Below, piece after piece: positions 19,742 through 28,890 of a stretch of DNA of 51,022 nt. Source of the stretch: Polyangia bacterium (GTDB lineage: Bacteria; Myxococcota_A; Polyangia; Fen-1088); assembly GCA_038325725.1 (NCBI GenBank), contig JBBQJG010000003.1:1-51022 (forward strand), read 5' to 3'. A program made the translations under genes and the position numbers. The notes under the pieces were generated by a model. It saw only the letters and a list, made by a program, of their open reading frames with translations, was not told where the DNA came from and made no database searches. Position 1 is the stretch's first letter. The number at the start of each line of letters is the position of its first letter.

Positions 19742-20341
19742 GTGAATTTGTACGGCGCACCGACGTCGCCGTACGTGCGCAAGGCGCGCATCCTCGTGCG
19801 CGCCGCGGGGCTCGACGTCACGTTCGTCGACACACGGACCGAGGCGGGCGCGTCGGCGCTCTCGCGCATCGCGCCCGTCGGCAAGGTCCCCGTCCTCGAG
19901 CGCGACGAGGGCGCGACGCCGCGCGTGCTCGCGGATTCGGGCGTCCTCGCCGCGTGGCTCTGGGTCAACCACGCGCCCGCGCTGCGTGCCGCCGGCTTCG
20001 TGCTCGTCCCCGACGACTGGGCCGAGCGCGAGCGCACCATCCTCGTCGAAGGCGCGCTCGACGCCGCCATCAATCGTCTCTACTTGTTGCGTGATGGGCT
20101 GCCCGATCAGGGGTACGTCACGCGTCAGGGCGCGCGCGTCGTGACGATCCTCGCGGCCCTCGAGGCAAGCCTGCCTGTATTTTCGCGTCCGCTGACGACG
20201 AGCGCGTTGACGCTCGGCTGCGCGTTCGACTGGATGGTCTTCCGCAAGGTCACTGATCCCCGACGAACGCCGCGCCTCGCTGCGTTCTATGATGCCTGGT
20301 TGGCGTCTGGCGTCGGCGCCGGCACCGAACCGGCTTCCTGA
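19742..20341 (+). CDS. Glutathione S-transferase family protein
   Basis: LYGAPTSPYVRKARI, PVGKVPVL and LADSGV motifs of the GST N-domain. Confidence 0.85.
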   Translation: MNLYGAPTSPYVRKARILVRAAGLDVTFVDTRTEAGASALSRIAPVGKVPVLERDEGATPRVLADSGVLAAWLWVNHAPALRAAGFVLVPDDWAERERTILVEGALDAAINRLYLLRDGLPDQGYVTRQGARVVTILAALEASLPVFSRPLTTSALTLGCAFDWMVFRKVTDPRRTPRLAAFYDAWLASGVGAGTEPAS

Positions 20342-20342
20342 C

Positions 20343-22931
20343 TCAGGGGCGACTGGCGCAGCGGCGGTGGGCCGCCTGCGCGGCCGCGGCGAGCTGGGAA
20401 TCGGATCCCGCCTCGAGCGTCCGCAGCGTCGCCGCGCCGGCGCCCGCGTCGCACAGCGTCCCGAGCGCTTCGACGGCGTCGCGGCGGAACGGGTGGTGGG
20501 TGTCGTTCGCGAGCGAAACGGCGACGCGCGTCGCCTCGGGGCCACCGAGGTGCGCGAGCGCGCGCAAGGTCGCCCCGGCGACGCCTTCGACCGACAGGTC
20601 TTCCTCGGACTCGGAGACTTGGCGTTCGAGCGCGGCCGCCATCGGGGCCGCGGCCGCGTGATCGCCAAGCTCGCCGAGCAGCCCCGCCGCGAGCGCACGC
20701 AGCGTCGACGCCTCATTGCGACGGCCGAGCGCGTGCAACAACGTGTCGCGCGCGCGGGCGTCCTTGCACCGCGCGAGCCCCACGAGCGCCGCGCGCCGGA
20801 CCTCCTCGACGTCGCGCTCGACGGCGCGCGCGAACAGGTCGCCCGTTCCCGGCGCGCAGATCGTGCCGAGCGCCTCGAGCTCGGCGCGGCGCACGAACGG
20901 CCACGGCTCCTGCTTCGCGCCGGCGACGAGCGCGGCCGCCGCGCCGCCGTCTCGGTCCTGGCCGAGCCCCTGGGCAGCCGTCTCACGAACACGCGGATCG
21001 CCGTCGCCGAGCGCGCCTCGCAGCGCCGCCAGCGACGAGGCGCCGCCGCGTCCAGCGAGCTCTCGCGCGGCGAGGTGCCGCAGCACGGGCTCGTCGGCGT
21101 GGCGCGCGAGCGCGACCACGTCGTCGAGGCCGCTCTCGCCCAGCCCCCCGAGCGCGACGACGGCCCGCGCGCGAACCTCGAACGGACGCTCCGCGGTCGC
21201 CGCAGCTCTCAAAATGCCGAGGGCCGTGGAAGACGTGGTCGGCGCCCGACGCACGACGGCCGGCACGACGCGCAAGAGATCGCCTTGCCGAGACCCGCTC
21301 TGTCCTCGTGCGCCCTCGATCGCCGCGAAGAGCGCCGCCGGCGCGAGAGAGGACGACGCTCCGAGCGCGCTCACGACCGCGAGTCGCAACTCGGGCGTCC
21401 CGCTCCCGGCGGCGGCGAGCAGCGCCAGCGCGGCGTGCGCGTCGTCGAGCGCGCCGAGCACGCGCGCCGCGCGGGCACGATCAGCCGCGGGCACGGCCTC
21501 GGTGACCAGAAGCTTTTCGACGGCGCCCACGGGAGGCGACGCGCTCTTGCGCAGCATCGCCGTCACGAGGCGCTCCTCCTTTTCGGTCGCGCCCCCGAGC
21601 GCCGTCGTGAAGGCCTCGGTCGCGAGCGCGTTCTTGCCGTCCGGATCGAGGCGGGAGAGGGCCTCGACGAGGCACTCGCGCCGCGCCCCGCGCGCGCCCG
21701 ACGTCATGAGCGCCTGAGCGACCGGCGACAGCGCGGCAGGCCCGACGCTCACGAGCGCCGAGACGCGCGTGGCGCAGTCGGCCGAACGAACGATGTCGGC
21801 GACGAGGCGCGCGACGGCGTCGGGGCCGTCGAGGTCCGTGAAGATCGTCAGCTCGGACATCGCCGTCGTCCCGAACGTCTTGGGCGGCGCCGCCTCGGTG
21901 CCCGGCGTGACCTCCGTGAGGATCACCGTCGCGCACGACGCGACGACGGGGTGGGGGAGCGCGACCCAATACGGCTCGCGAAAGTGCGCGGCGTCGGCCG
22001 CGGAATCCTCGGGGACGACGACGTCGAAGCGCTGATCCGCCTTCGGCCCGAGCGCGAGCTGAAACCGTCTCACACGATTGCGCGCGCGGAAGGACGCCGC
22101 GCTCGACGCGTCGCCGGGCACGAAGCGCAGGCCGCGCACGGCGGTGCCGCTCGACGCCGCGCGCGCCGTGAGCCACTCGCCGCGTCCGTCGCCGCCCAGG
22201 CCTTCGGCCCACGCCGTCGCGACGTCACCGTCATCGAGCGCCGTGGGCGCTCCCAAGGAACGCGCGTCGTCGCCCGCGCCGAGGGTCGTCGACGCGCCCG
22301 TGAAATGAAACGCTCCGAGCGATCGCCCAACGGGCATCCCTGAATCTCCGCGCCGCGCCGTCAACGTCACCGCGGCTGGGGCGGGCAGGGTGGAGCGCAC
22401 GGCGCGGAACTTCCCCGTCGCGAAGTCGAACGCGCGCGGGAAGAGCCGCGCGGGCGCGCCATCGCAGCGCGAAACGAGGCTCGCCGTCTGGTACTGGACG
22501 ACGCCTTCCGAAGACAGGTCGACGCCGAGCCCGGTCTCGGCGTCGGCGTCGCGCGGACCCGAAAACCCGCTCCACACGACGCGCGTCCCGCCAGAGCGCA
22601 GCTCGCCCAGCCACACCTCGGCGCGCGACGACCCACGTACGGGCACGCGCACCTCGACGACGCGGTGGCCCTCGACGTCGACTTCGCGGAGCGTCGCGGC
22701 GCCGCGGCGAAGGGGCGGCGTCGTCAGGGGCACGCCCGCGACGACGGTGGCGCCCGCGTGGACCTCGACGCCGTTGGCGGCGGGCGCGAGCGTGAGCGCC
22801 GCGTCGGCGGTGGGCGCGAGCGGCGCGTCGGCGAACACCGAGCGAGACGCGGCGAGCGAGAGGATTCCCCCTACGAAGATTCTCACGAAGATTCTGACGA
22901 AGAACGGCACGCGGTGGCCGACCGAGCGCAT
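20343..22931 (-). CDS. Exported protein with a discoidin/NADase-type glycan-binding-like domain and C-terminal HEAT repeats
   Basis: Signal peptide ending VFA-DA; DGDVATAWAEG..GDGRGEW motif; HEAT-like repeats (DGDPRVRETAAQGLG, PFVRRAELEALG). Confidence 0.65.
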   Translation of the reverse strand: MRSVGHRVPFFVRIFVRIFVGGILSLAASRSVFADAPLAPTADAALTLAPAANGVEVHAGATVVAGVPLTTPPLRRGAATLREVDVEGHRVVEVRVPVRGSSRAEVWLGELRSGGTRVVWSGFSGPRDADAETGLGVDLSSEGVVQYQTASLVSRCDGAPARLFPRAFDFATGKFRAVRSTLPAPAAVTLTARRGDSGMPVGRSLGAFHFTGASTTLGAGDDARSLGAPTALDDGDVATAWAEGLGGDGRGEWLTARAASSGTAVRGLRFVPGDASSAASFRARNRVRRFQLALGPKADQRFDVVVPEDSAADAAHFREPYWVALPHPVVASCATVILTEVTPGTEAAPPKTFGTTAMSELTIFTDLDGPDAVARLVADIVRSADCATRVSALVSVGPAALSPVAQALMTSGARGARRECLVEALSRLDPDGKNALATEAFTTALGGATEKEERLVTAMLRKSASPPVGAVEKLLVTEAVPAADRARAARVLGALDDAHAALALLAAAGSGTPELRLAVVSALGASSSLAPAALFAAIEGARGQSGSRQGDLLRVVPAVVRRAPTTSSTALGILRAAATAERPFEVRARAVVALGGLGESGLDDVVALARHADEPVLRHLAARELAGRGGASSLAALRGALGDGDPRVRETAAQGLGQDRDGGAAAALVAGAKQEPWPFVRRAELEALGTICAPGTGDLFARAVERDVEEVRRAALVGLARCKDARARDTLLHALGRRNEASTLRALAAGLLGELGDHAAAAPMAAALERQVSESEEDLSVEGVAGATLRALAHLGGPEATRVAVSLANDTHHPFRRDAVEALGTLCDAGAGAATLRTLEAGSDSQLAAAAQAAHRRCASRP

Positions 22932-22972
22932 GTCTCCGGATATCACGACATCTGGGCTATATAGAAGCCCGC

Positions 22973-23950
22973 ATGAAGTCCAAGAAGTCTGTCGGCGACG
23001 CAGATTCGTCGCCGACCGCCGAGAGTCCCGACGTCACGACCGTTGCGGGCACCGTTGCGGGCACCGTTGCGATCTTGGGTCGTCCCAACGTCGGCAAGTC
23101 GACGCTGCTCAACCTGCTCGTCGGCGAGAAGCTCGCGATCGTGACGCCCAAGCCCCAGACGACCCGCAACCGCATCGTCGGCGTGTGGAACGGCCCCGCG
23201 GGGCAGATCGTCTTCGTCGACACGCCCGGCGTGCACGGCTCGAAAAAGGCGCTCAACCGCTTCATGAACCAGGAGGCCCTAGGGACGATCGAAGAGGTCG
23301 ACGCCGCGCTCCTCGTCGTCGACGCGGGCGAGCGGCGCCCTGGAAATGAGGAGCGCGAGATCCTCCGCAACCTCGCCGCCGCACGGAAGCCGACGGTGCT
23401 CGCCATCAACAAGGTCGACCGGGTCAAGGACAAGGGCGCGCTGCTGCCGCTGCTCATCGACTGGGAACAGACGGCGCCGTTCAAGGCCCTCGTGCCCGTC
23501 TCGGCGCTCAAGAACAAGAACATCGAGCCGCTCGTCGCCGAGCTGTGCAAGCTCCTGCCGCGCGGCGAGCCGCTGTACGGCCCCGACATGCTCACCGATC
23601 GCACGGAGCGCTTCCTGGCGTCCGAGCTCATCCGCGAGCAGATCTTCCTCAAGACGCGCCAAGAGCTGCCGTACGCCGTCGCCGTCGACATCGAGACGTG
23701 GGAAGAGCGCAAGCGCCCCGACGGCTCCGAGGACGTCGTCATCGAAGCGACGATCCTCGTCGAGCGCGATTCGCAAAAGGCCATCGTGGTCGGCGCCGGC
23801 GGCTCGATGATCAAAGACGTTGGGACGATCGCCCGCGCCGAGATCTCCGCGCTCCTCGGGCGCCCGGCGCACATCAAGCTGCACGTGAAGGTCGACTCCG
23901 AGTGGACGACGTCACCCGCCGCCCTCAACCGCCTGGGGTACCGCCCATGA
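22973..23950 (+). CDS. era: GTPase Era
   Basis: GRPNVGKSTL, KPQTTR, DTPG, NKVD; ELPY and a KH domain (QKAIVVGAGG). Confidence 0.97.
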   Translation: MKSKKSVGDADSSPTAESPDVTTVAGTVAGTVAILGRPNVGKSTLLNLLVGEKLAIVTPKPQTTRNRIVGVWNGPAGQIVFVDTPGVHGSKKALNRFMNQEALGTIEEVDAALLVVDAGERRPGNEEREILRNLAAARKPTVLAINKVDRVKDKGALLPLLIDWEQTAPFKALVPVSALKNKNIEPLVAELCKLLPRGEPLYGPDMLTDRTERFLASELIREQIFLKTRQELPYAVAVDIETWEERKRPDGSEDVVIEATILVERDSQKAIVVGAGGSMIKDVGTIARAEISALLGRPAHIKLHVKVDSEWTTSPAALNRLGYRP

Positions 23951-25530
23951 GCCGCGGGTATCGCGGCGAGAGCCGCGGCGGCGAGAAGGCGCGCCGCGCG
24001 GCCGACGACGCGCTGCCGCTGTGCGCGCTCGTGGGCCGTCCCAACGTCGGCAAGTCGTCGCTCTTCAACCGGCTCGTCGGTGGGCGGCCTGCGCTCGTCG
24101 AGGACATGCCGGGCGTGACGCGCGATCGGCGCTACGGCGTCGCCGAGTGGATCGGCGCGCGCTTCCGCGTCGTCGACACGGGCGGCCTCGATCCGTCGGC
24201 AGAGGGCATCCTCAAGGCCATGCGCAAGCAGACGCTCGTCGCCGTCGACGAGGCCGACGTCGTCGTCTTCGTCCTCGACGCGAAAGAGGGCGTCACGTCC
24301 GTCGACAGCGATGTCGCGCGCCTCCTGCGCCGCGCCGGCAAGACCGTCATCATCGCCGCGAACAAGGTCGACAACGCGGGGCGCGAGGCCGCCTCGTCCG
24401 AGATCTTCGCGCTCGGGTTCCCCAACGTTTTTCTCATCTCAGCGTCGCACGGCCGCGGCGTGGGCGACCTCCTCGACGCCGTCGTCGAGGCCCTCGGCCC
24501 CGCGACGCGCGCCGAGCGCCCGGTCGAAGCGCCCCCGCCCCCGCGCCGCACCAAGAAGGCCGTCGTCGTCAAGTCAGAGGACCGCGACGAGGACGCCACC
24601 GACGAAGACACGACCGAAGAAGACGAAGCCGCAGACGAAGCCGCCGCCGAGATCGAAGCCGCCCGCGAGGCCGCGCGCGGGCCGCTGCGCCTCGCCTTCA
24701 TCGGCAAGCCCAACGTTGGCAAGTCGTCGCTCGTGAACCGGCTGCTCGGCGCCGAGCGCGTGCTCGTCCATGACTCACCCGGCACGACGCGTGACCCGAT
24801 CGACACGCCGTTCTCGTTCGCGGGCCGCGAGTACGTCCTCGTCGACACAGCCGGCCTGCGCCGCCGCCGCTCGATCGAGACGCTCACCGAGCACGTCGCC
24901 GCCAAGATGACGCGCGACCAGCTCGAGCGCTGCGACGTCGCCGCGCTCGTCATCGACGCGCGCGAGGGCGCGACGGCCGAGGATGCACGCCTCGCGGGCC
25001 TCATCGAGGAGGCGGGGCGCGCCGCCGTCGTCATCCTCAACAAGAAGGATCTCGTCTCGCGCGCTGAAATTGACAAGCGCCTCGAGGCCACGCGCGACCA
25101 GCTCACGTTCATCAGCTACGCGCCCATCCTGCTGTCGTCGGCATCGACGGGCGCGGGCGTCACCGCGATCCCCTCGGCGGCGACCAAGGTGCTCACGGCG
25201 GCTTCGCGCCGCATCCCGACGGGCCAGCTCAATAAGTTTTTCCAGCAGGTCGTCACGACCCAGCCGCCGCCCAGCGGCGCGCACGGCCGCCACGTGAAGC
25301 TCTTCTACGTGACCGAGACGAGCGTCTGCCCGCCCACCTTCGTCGTCAGCACGAACCACCCGACGGACATCGGCCAATCGTACCGACGCTTCCTCGTGAA
25401 CCAGCTGCGCAAGGCCTACGGCTTCGAGGGCACCCCCATACGCGTCGTGTTCCGCGCCCGCAAGCAGAAGGACGACAGCGCGCGCAAGGGCGCGCGCAAG
25501 GAAGCCCGCCGCGAGCAGGACGAGCACTGA
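23947..25530 (+). CDS. der: Ribosome biogenesis GTPase Der (EngA)
   Basis: Two G domains (GRPNVGKS/PGVTRDR/DTGG and GKPNVGKS/PGTTRD/DTAG), acidic linker, C-terminal GFEGTPIR; ATGA overlap with era. Confidence 0.97.
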   Translation: MSRGYRGESRGGEKARRAADDALPLCALVGRPNVGKSSLFNRLVGGRPALVEDMPGVTRDRRYGVAEWIGARFRVVDTGGLDPSAEGILKAMRKQTLVAVDEADVVVFVLDAKEGVTSVDSDVARLLRRAGKTVIIAANKVDNAGREAASSEIFALGFPNVFLISASHGRGVGDLLDAVVEALGPATRAERPVEAPPPPRRTKKAVVVKSEDRDEDATDEDTTEEDEAADEAAAEIEAAREAARGPLRLAFIGKPNVGKSSLVNRLLGAERVLVHDSPGTTRDPIDTPFSFAGREYVLVDTAGLRRRRSIETLTEHVAAKMTRDQLERCDVAALVIDAREGATAEDARLAGLIEEAGRAAVVILNKKDLVSRAEIDKRLEATRDQLTFISYAPILLSSASTGAGVTAIPSAATKVLTAASRRIPTGQLNKFFQQVVTTQPPPSGAHGRHVKLFYVTETSVCPPTFVVSTNHPTDIGQSYRRFLVNQLRKAYGFEGTPIRVVFRARKQKDDSARKGARKEARREQDEH

Positions 25531-25536
25531 CCGCGG

Positions 25537-26121
25537 TCAGAAGACCCGCGAGACGCGCAGCGTGAGCGAGAAGGCCAGGGCCCGCCCGCCGAACGACATC
25601 GCGTTGTTCACGAGCTCGCCCGGCGTAAAGAGGTACTGGGCGCTCGCGCCGCACGACCAGCGCGGCGTCAGCAGGTAGTCACCGCCCAGGCCGGTCTCGA
25701 CGGCGAGCGACGTTCGCGAGGGCTCTCCCGCGCCGCTCCAGCGCACGGCGCCCACGCCCGCCTCGATGTACGGGACGAGCCGCAAGACGTCGAACGTGTA
25801 CGTGGCCCCGACCAGCGCCGCGGTGGCCTGCAGCGTCCCGCCCGGCGATCCGTTCTTCACGGGCGCGACGGGGTGGCGGAGCAGAGAGAACGACGCGCGC
25901 GCCGACCACGCGTCGTTCAGCCCGTACTCGACGTCGACGGCCGCCGCCGGCCCCCACGACGCGAACGGATCCCCGTTGGCGTTGGCGCCGCCGAGGCGCG
26001 CCGACACCTGCAGCTCATCGTCGCCCGCGCCCCACGCGGGCGCAGCCGTCGAGCTGGCCAGCAACAGCGCCAGAAAAGCGATCGGGGCCCGGGCGCGCCT
26101 CACGAGGCGCAGACTATACAC
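25537..26121 (-). CDS. Small outer-membrane beta-barrel protein
   Basis: Signal peptide, alternating beta strands (YTFDVLRLVPYIEAGVG), C-terminal Phe (RVSRVF). Confidence 0.7.
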   Translation of the reverse strand: MYSLRLVRRARAPIAFLALLLASSTAAPAWGAGDDELQVSARLGGANANGDPFASWGPAAAVDVEYGLNDAWSARASFSLLRHPVAPVKNGSPGGTLQATAALVGATYTFDVLRLVPYIEAGVGAVRWSGAGEPSRTSLAVETGLGGDYLLTPRWSCGASAQYLFTPGELVNNAMSFGGRALAFSLTLRVSRVF

Positions 26122-26132
26122 GACGCCGTCAA

Positions 26133-26161
26133 TTGACCGTGGTGCGGCCCTCTGTTATCTC
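26133..26161 (+). promoter_or_regulatory. Putative sigma70 promoter of the yfgM-like gene (leaderless geometry)
   Basis: TTGACC-17 bp-TATCTC with a TG extension; GTG start 6 nt after the -10. Confidence 0.5.
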
Positions 26162-26167
26162 CAGCGC

Positions 26168-26941
26168 GTGAGCAAAGGCATCTCGAAGAAGGAGCTCCGG
26201 CAGCCGGACGAGTTCGTGAGCTTCTGGACGCACGCGGCCGAGTGGTCGGCCAAGTTCGCGAAAGAGCGGCGCCAGCCCCTCATCGTTGGCGCGACGATGC
26301 TCGGCACGGTCATCGTCGGGTCCATTGTTTTCTCGGTCGTCTCCGAGGGCCGCGCCGCGCGCGCCACCGAGGCGCTGTCGCGCATCGAGCACATCGCGAC
26401 GGCCGACCTGCGCCCCGACGGCGCCCCGGCGCCGGGCGCCGAAGGCGCGCCGCCCGACGACGGGCTGCCGCACTACAAGACGGAGAAGGAGCGCAACGAG
26501 GCCACGCTCAAGGAGCTCGACGCCTTCCTCGCCGGCCCGCGCAATGCGCTGACGACGGACGCCCGCCTCGAGCGCGGTCCGATCCTGCTCGCCCTCGGCC
26601 GCGCCCCCGAGGCGATCACGACGTACGAGGCCGTGCTCGCCGACAAGCCCGACGAGCGGCTGAGATTCCTCGCGCGAGAGGGACTCGGCTACGCGCAGGA
26701 ACAAAAGGGCGACCTCGAGGCCGCCAGCGCGACGTTCGCGAAGCTCTCCGACGACGTCGCCGTCTTCAAGAACGGCGAGTTCTACAAGGACCGCGCTCTT
26801 TTTCACAAAGCGCGAATCTCGGCCGAGCGAGGCAACGCGGATGAGGCCCGGAAGCTCTACAAAGAGGTGCTGGAAAAGAACCCCACCACCTCGCTGCGGG
26901 ACGAGATCACGAATCGCCTCGCCGTCCTCGAGCTGAAGTGA
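26168..26941 (+). CDS. YfgM-like membrane-anchored TPR protein (TPR_21)
   Basis: KKELRQPDEF N-terminus, a single TM segment, TPRs; adjacent to a BamB-like gene and near der. Confidence 0.75.
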   Translation: MSKGISKKELRQPDEFVSFWTHAAEWSAKFAKERRQPLIVGATMLGTVIVGSIVFSVVSEGRAARATEALSRIEHIATADLRPDGAPAPGAEGAPPDDGLPHYKTEKERNEATLKELDAFLAGPRNALTTDARLERGPILLALGRAPEAITTYEAVLADKPDERLRFLAREGLGYAQEQKGDLEAASATFAKLSDDVAVFKNGEFYKDRALFHKARISAERGNADEARKLYKEVLEKNPTTSLRDEITNRLAVLELK

Positions 26942-28149
26942 CGCCGCCCCGCGCGCGCGCTGCGCCGTTGACGAAGCTCGCTCTGGTGCTCACGTTCGCG
27001 CTGCCGCTCGCCGGCGCGCTGTCCTGTAGGGCGTCCGTGCGCACGCAAGATCCCGCTGACGCGCAATCGCATCCGGCCGGCGTCCTTCATCAGCGATGGC
27101 GCACGACGCTGCACGACCACGGCTTCTTCGAGGCCGAGCCCGAGGAGTGCGCGACGGGCACCATGGCGTCCGGTCGCATCGTCATCGGCTCGCGCGCCGG
27201 CACCGTCGTCGCCGTCGACCCGACGCAGGGCCACGTCGACTGGACGGTCTCCGTCTCGGGCGGCGTGGACAGCCAGGCGCGCTATGACGCCGCCCGCGGC
27301 CAGGTCTACGTGGGCGCCGATGACGGTTCCTTCGCCGCGCTCGACGCCGCCAAGGGCAACGTGCGGTGGAGCTACCGCGGCAAGGGCGCCGTCGAGCGGG
27401 CCGCCGACTTCGGCGCGGGCGATCTCGTTTATTTTTCGACCGCGTCGGATCGCGTGTACGCGCTCGAGGCCGGCACGGGCAAGTGGCGCTGGCAGTACGA
27501 GCGCGAGACACCCGAGGGCTTCACGATCCACGGCAACGCCGGGCCGCGCCTGCGTGGGGATCGCGTCCTCGGCGGCTTCGCCGACGGTTACCTCGTGTCG
27601 CTCGCGGCCGCCACGGGCGAGGTCCAGTGGGCGCGCTCGCTCGCCGCCGCCTCTGACCAGTTCGTCGACGTCGACTCGACGCCCGCGATTGTCGACCCTT
27701 CTGGCACCACGGACGGAGCCAAGGACGCCAGCGCCTTCGTCCTCGCGTCGTCGTACTCGGGCGGCCTCTACGCGCTCGATCCACGCGACGGCGTCGTGCG
27801 CTGGCACCTGGGCATCGAGGGCGTCGGCACGGTGACGCCGTTCGAGGATCGGCTCTACTTCGCGGCGCCACGCCGGGGTCTGCACGCGCTCGACCGCGCC
27901 GGGCGCGTGATCTGGCGCCAGGGCCTCACGGCCGCGGGCGACCTGACGCCACCGATTGTCATCGGCCCGTACCTCGTCTTCACGGGCAGCCGCGCGGGGC
28001 TCTTCGTCGTCGACCGCGCCACGGGCGCGCTGCTCGAGACGTTCAACCCGGGCCGCGGCATCTGTGGCGCGCCGACCCTCGATCTTCAGAACGGACGCGT
28101 GTACGTCCTGTCGAACGGCGGCGCGCTTTACGCGCTGGATCTGGGCTGA
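26938..28149 (+). CDS. BamB-like PQQ-type beta-propeller lipoprotein
   Basis: Lipobox-like ALSC; repeated YALD..TG...W blades; GTGA overlap with the yfgM-like gene. Confidence 0.75.
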   Translation: MTPPRARAAPLTKLALVLTFALPLAGALSCRASVRTQDPADAQSHPAGVLHQRWRTTLHDHGFFEAEPEECATGTMASGRIVIGSRAGTVVAVDPTQGHVDWTVSVSGGVDSQARYDAARGQVYVGADDGSFAALDAAKGNVRWSYRGKGAVERAADFGAGDLVYFSTASDRVYALEAGTGKWRWQYERETPEGFTIHGNAGPRLRGDRVLGGFADGYLVSLAAATGEVQWARSLAAASDQFVDVDSTPAIVDPSGTTDGAKDASAFVLASSYSGGLYALDPRDGVVRWHLGIEGVGTVTPFEDRLYFAAPRRGLHALDRAGRVIWRQGLTAAGDLTPPIVIGPYLVFTGSRAGLFVVDRATGALLETFNPGRGICGAPTLDLQNGRVYVLSNGGALYALDLG

Positions 28150-28826
28150 GCGCCGAACGCGAGCGCGCGGCCGTAGACGCTGTCGCCCATGGCCTCGATG
28201 CGGCGCACGAGCTCCTTGATGCGTCGGTTGCCGCCGGCATCGCGCGCCTTCCACTCGACGCCGAAGCCCTTTTCGCCCTCGAGACCGCCCGCGGGGTGGC
28301 CGCGCCACGCCACGCGCGCCGACAGCGGCATCGCGATCTCGGCGCCCGGCGGCGACACCATGAGGACGACGTCTGCGTCGTCTGGCAGCGGCTGCGTCGT
28401 GCGCACGAACGCGCCGCCGCGCCCAATGTCGAGCAGGGTGCCGCTGTTGTCGCGCAGCGCGCCCGGCACCTGCCAGGTCACGGGCAGCTCGACCGGCAGA
28501 CGCTGATGGCGGCGCGAAAGCATCTCGGACGAATCCCCGCGCGCGACCGACAGCAGGTAATCCCGCGTCTGCGTCTCGGTGGGGAGCAACTCGATGCCGA
28601 TGCCGGCCTTCGTCTTGGTGCTGTGCTTCCCAGGACGGCGCCAGGCGACGAGCCCACGCAGCAGCATCGGGCTGCGGCGCTTGCCGAGGCGAACCGAAAT
28701 GACGACCGCTTCGCCGAGCGCCAGCGGTTTCCGGGTCGCAAAGAAAATGCCGCCGTTCGCCAGATCAGCCAGGTAGCTGTCCAGAAACGCGCTTCCGGTC
28801 GCGAAATGGGCCTTGAGAATCGTCAT
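28128..28826 (-). CDS. Tandem PilZ-domain protein (myxobacterial type)
   Basis: N-domain DLANGGIFFAT..PL..GE.V; C-domain RRHQR...DIGRGGAFV. Confidence 0.8.
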   Translation of the reverse strand: MTILKAHFATGSAFLDSYLADLANGGIFFATRKPLALGEAVVISVRLGKRRSPMLLRGLVAWRRPGKHSTKTKAGIGIELLPTETQTRDYLLSVARGDSSEMLSRRHQRLPVELPVTWQVPGALRDNSGTLLDIGRGGAFVRTTQPLPDDADVVLMVSPPGAEIAMPLSARVAWRGHPAGGLEGEKGFGVEWKARDAGGNRRIKELVRRIEAMGDSVYGRALAFGAQPRSSA

Positions 28827-28890
28827 GTGGGGAAGTGAAGGAGACTGTACTATAGAGATGTCAGTATTTGTAAAGCAGATTGCGACAGAC

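Noticed and set aside
24571-24670. Acidic low-complexity stretch in der
   Set aside because: An acidic inter-G-domain linker is a normal Der feature
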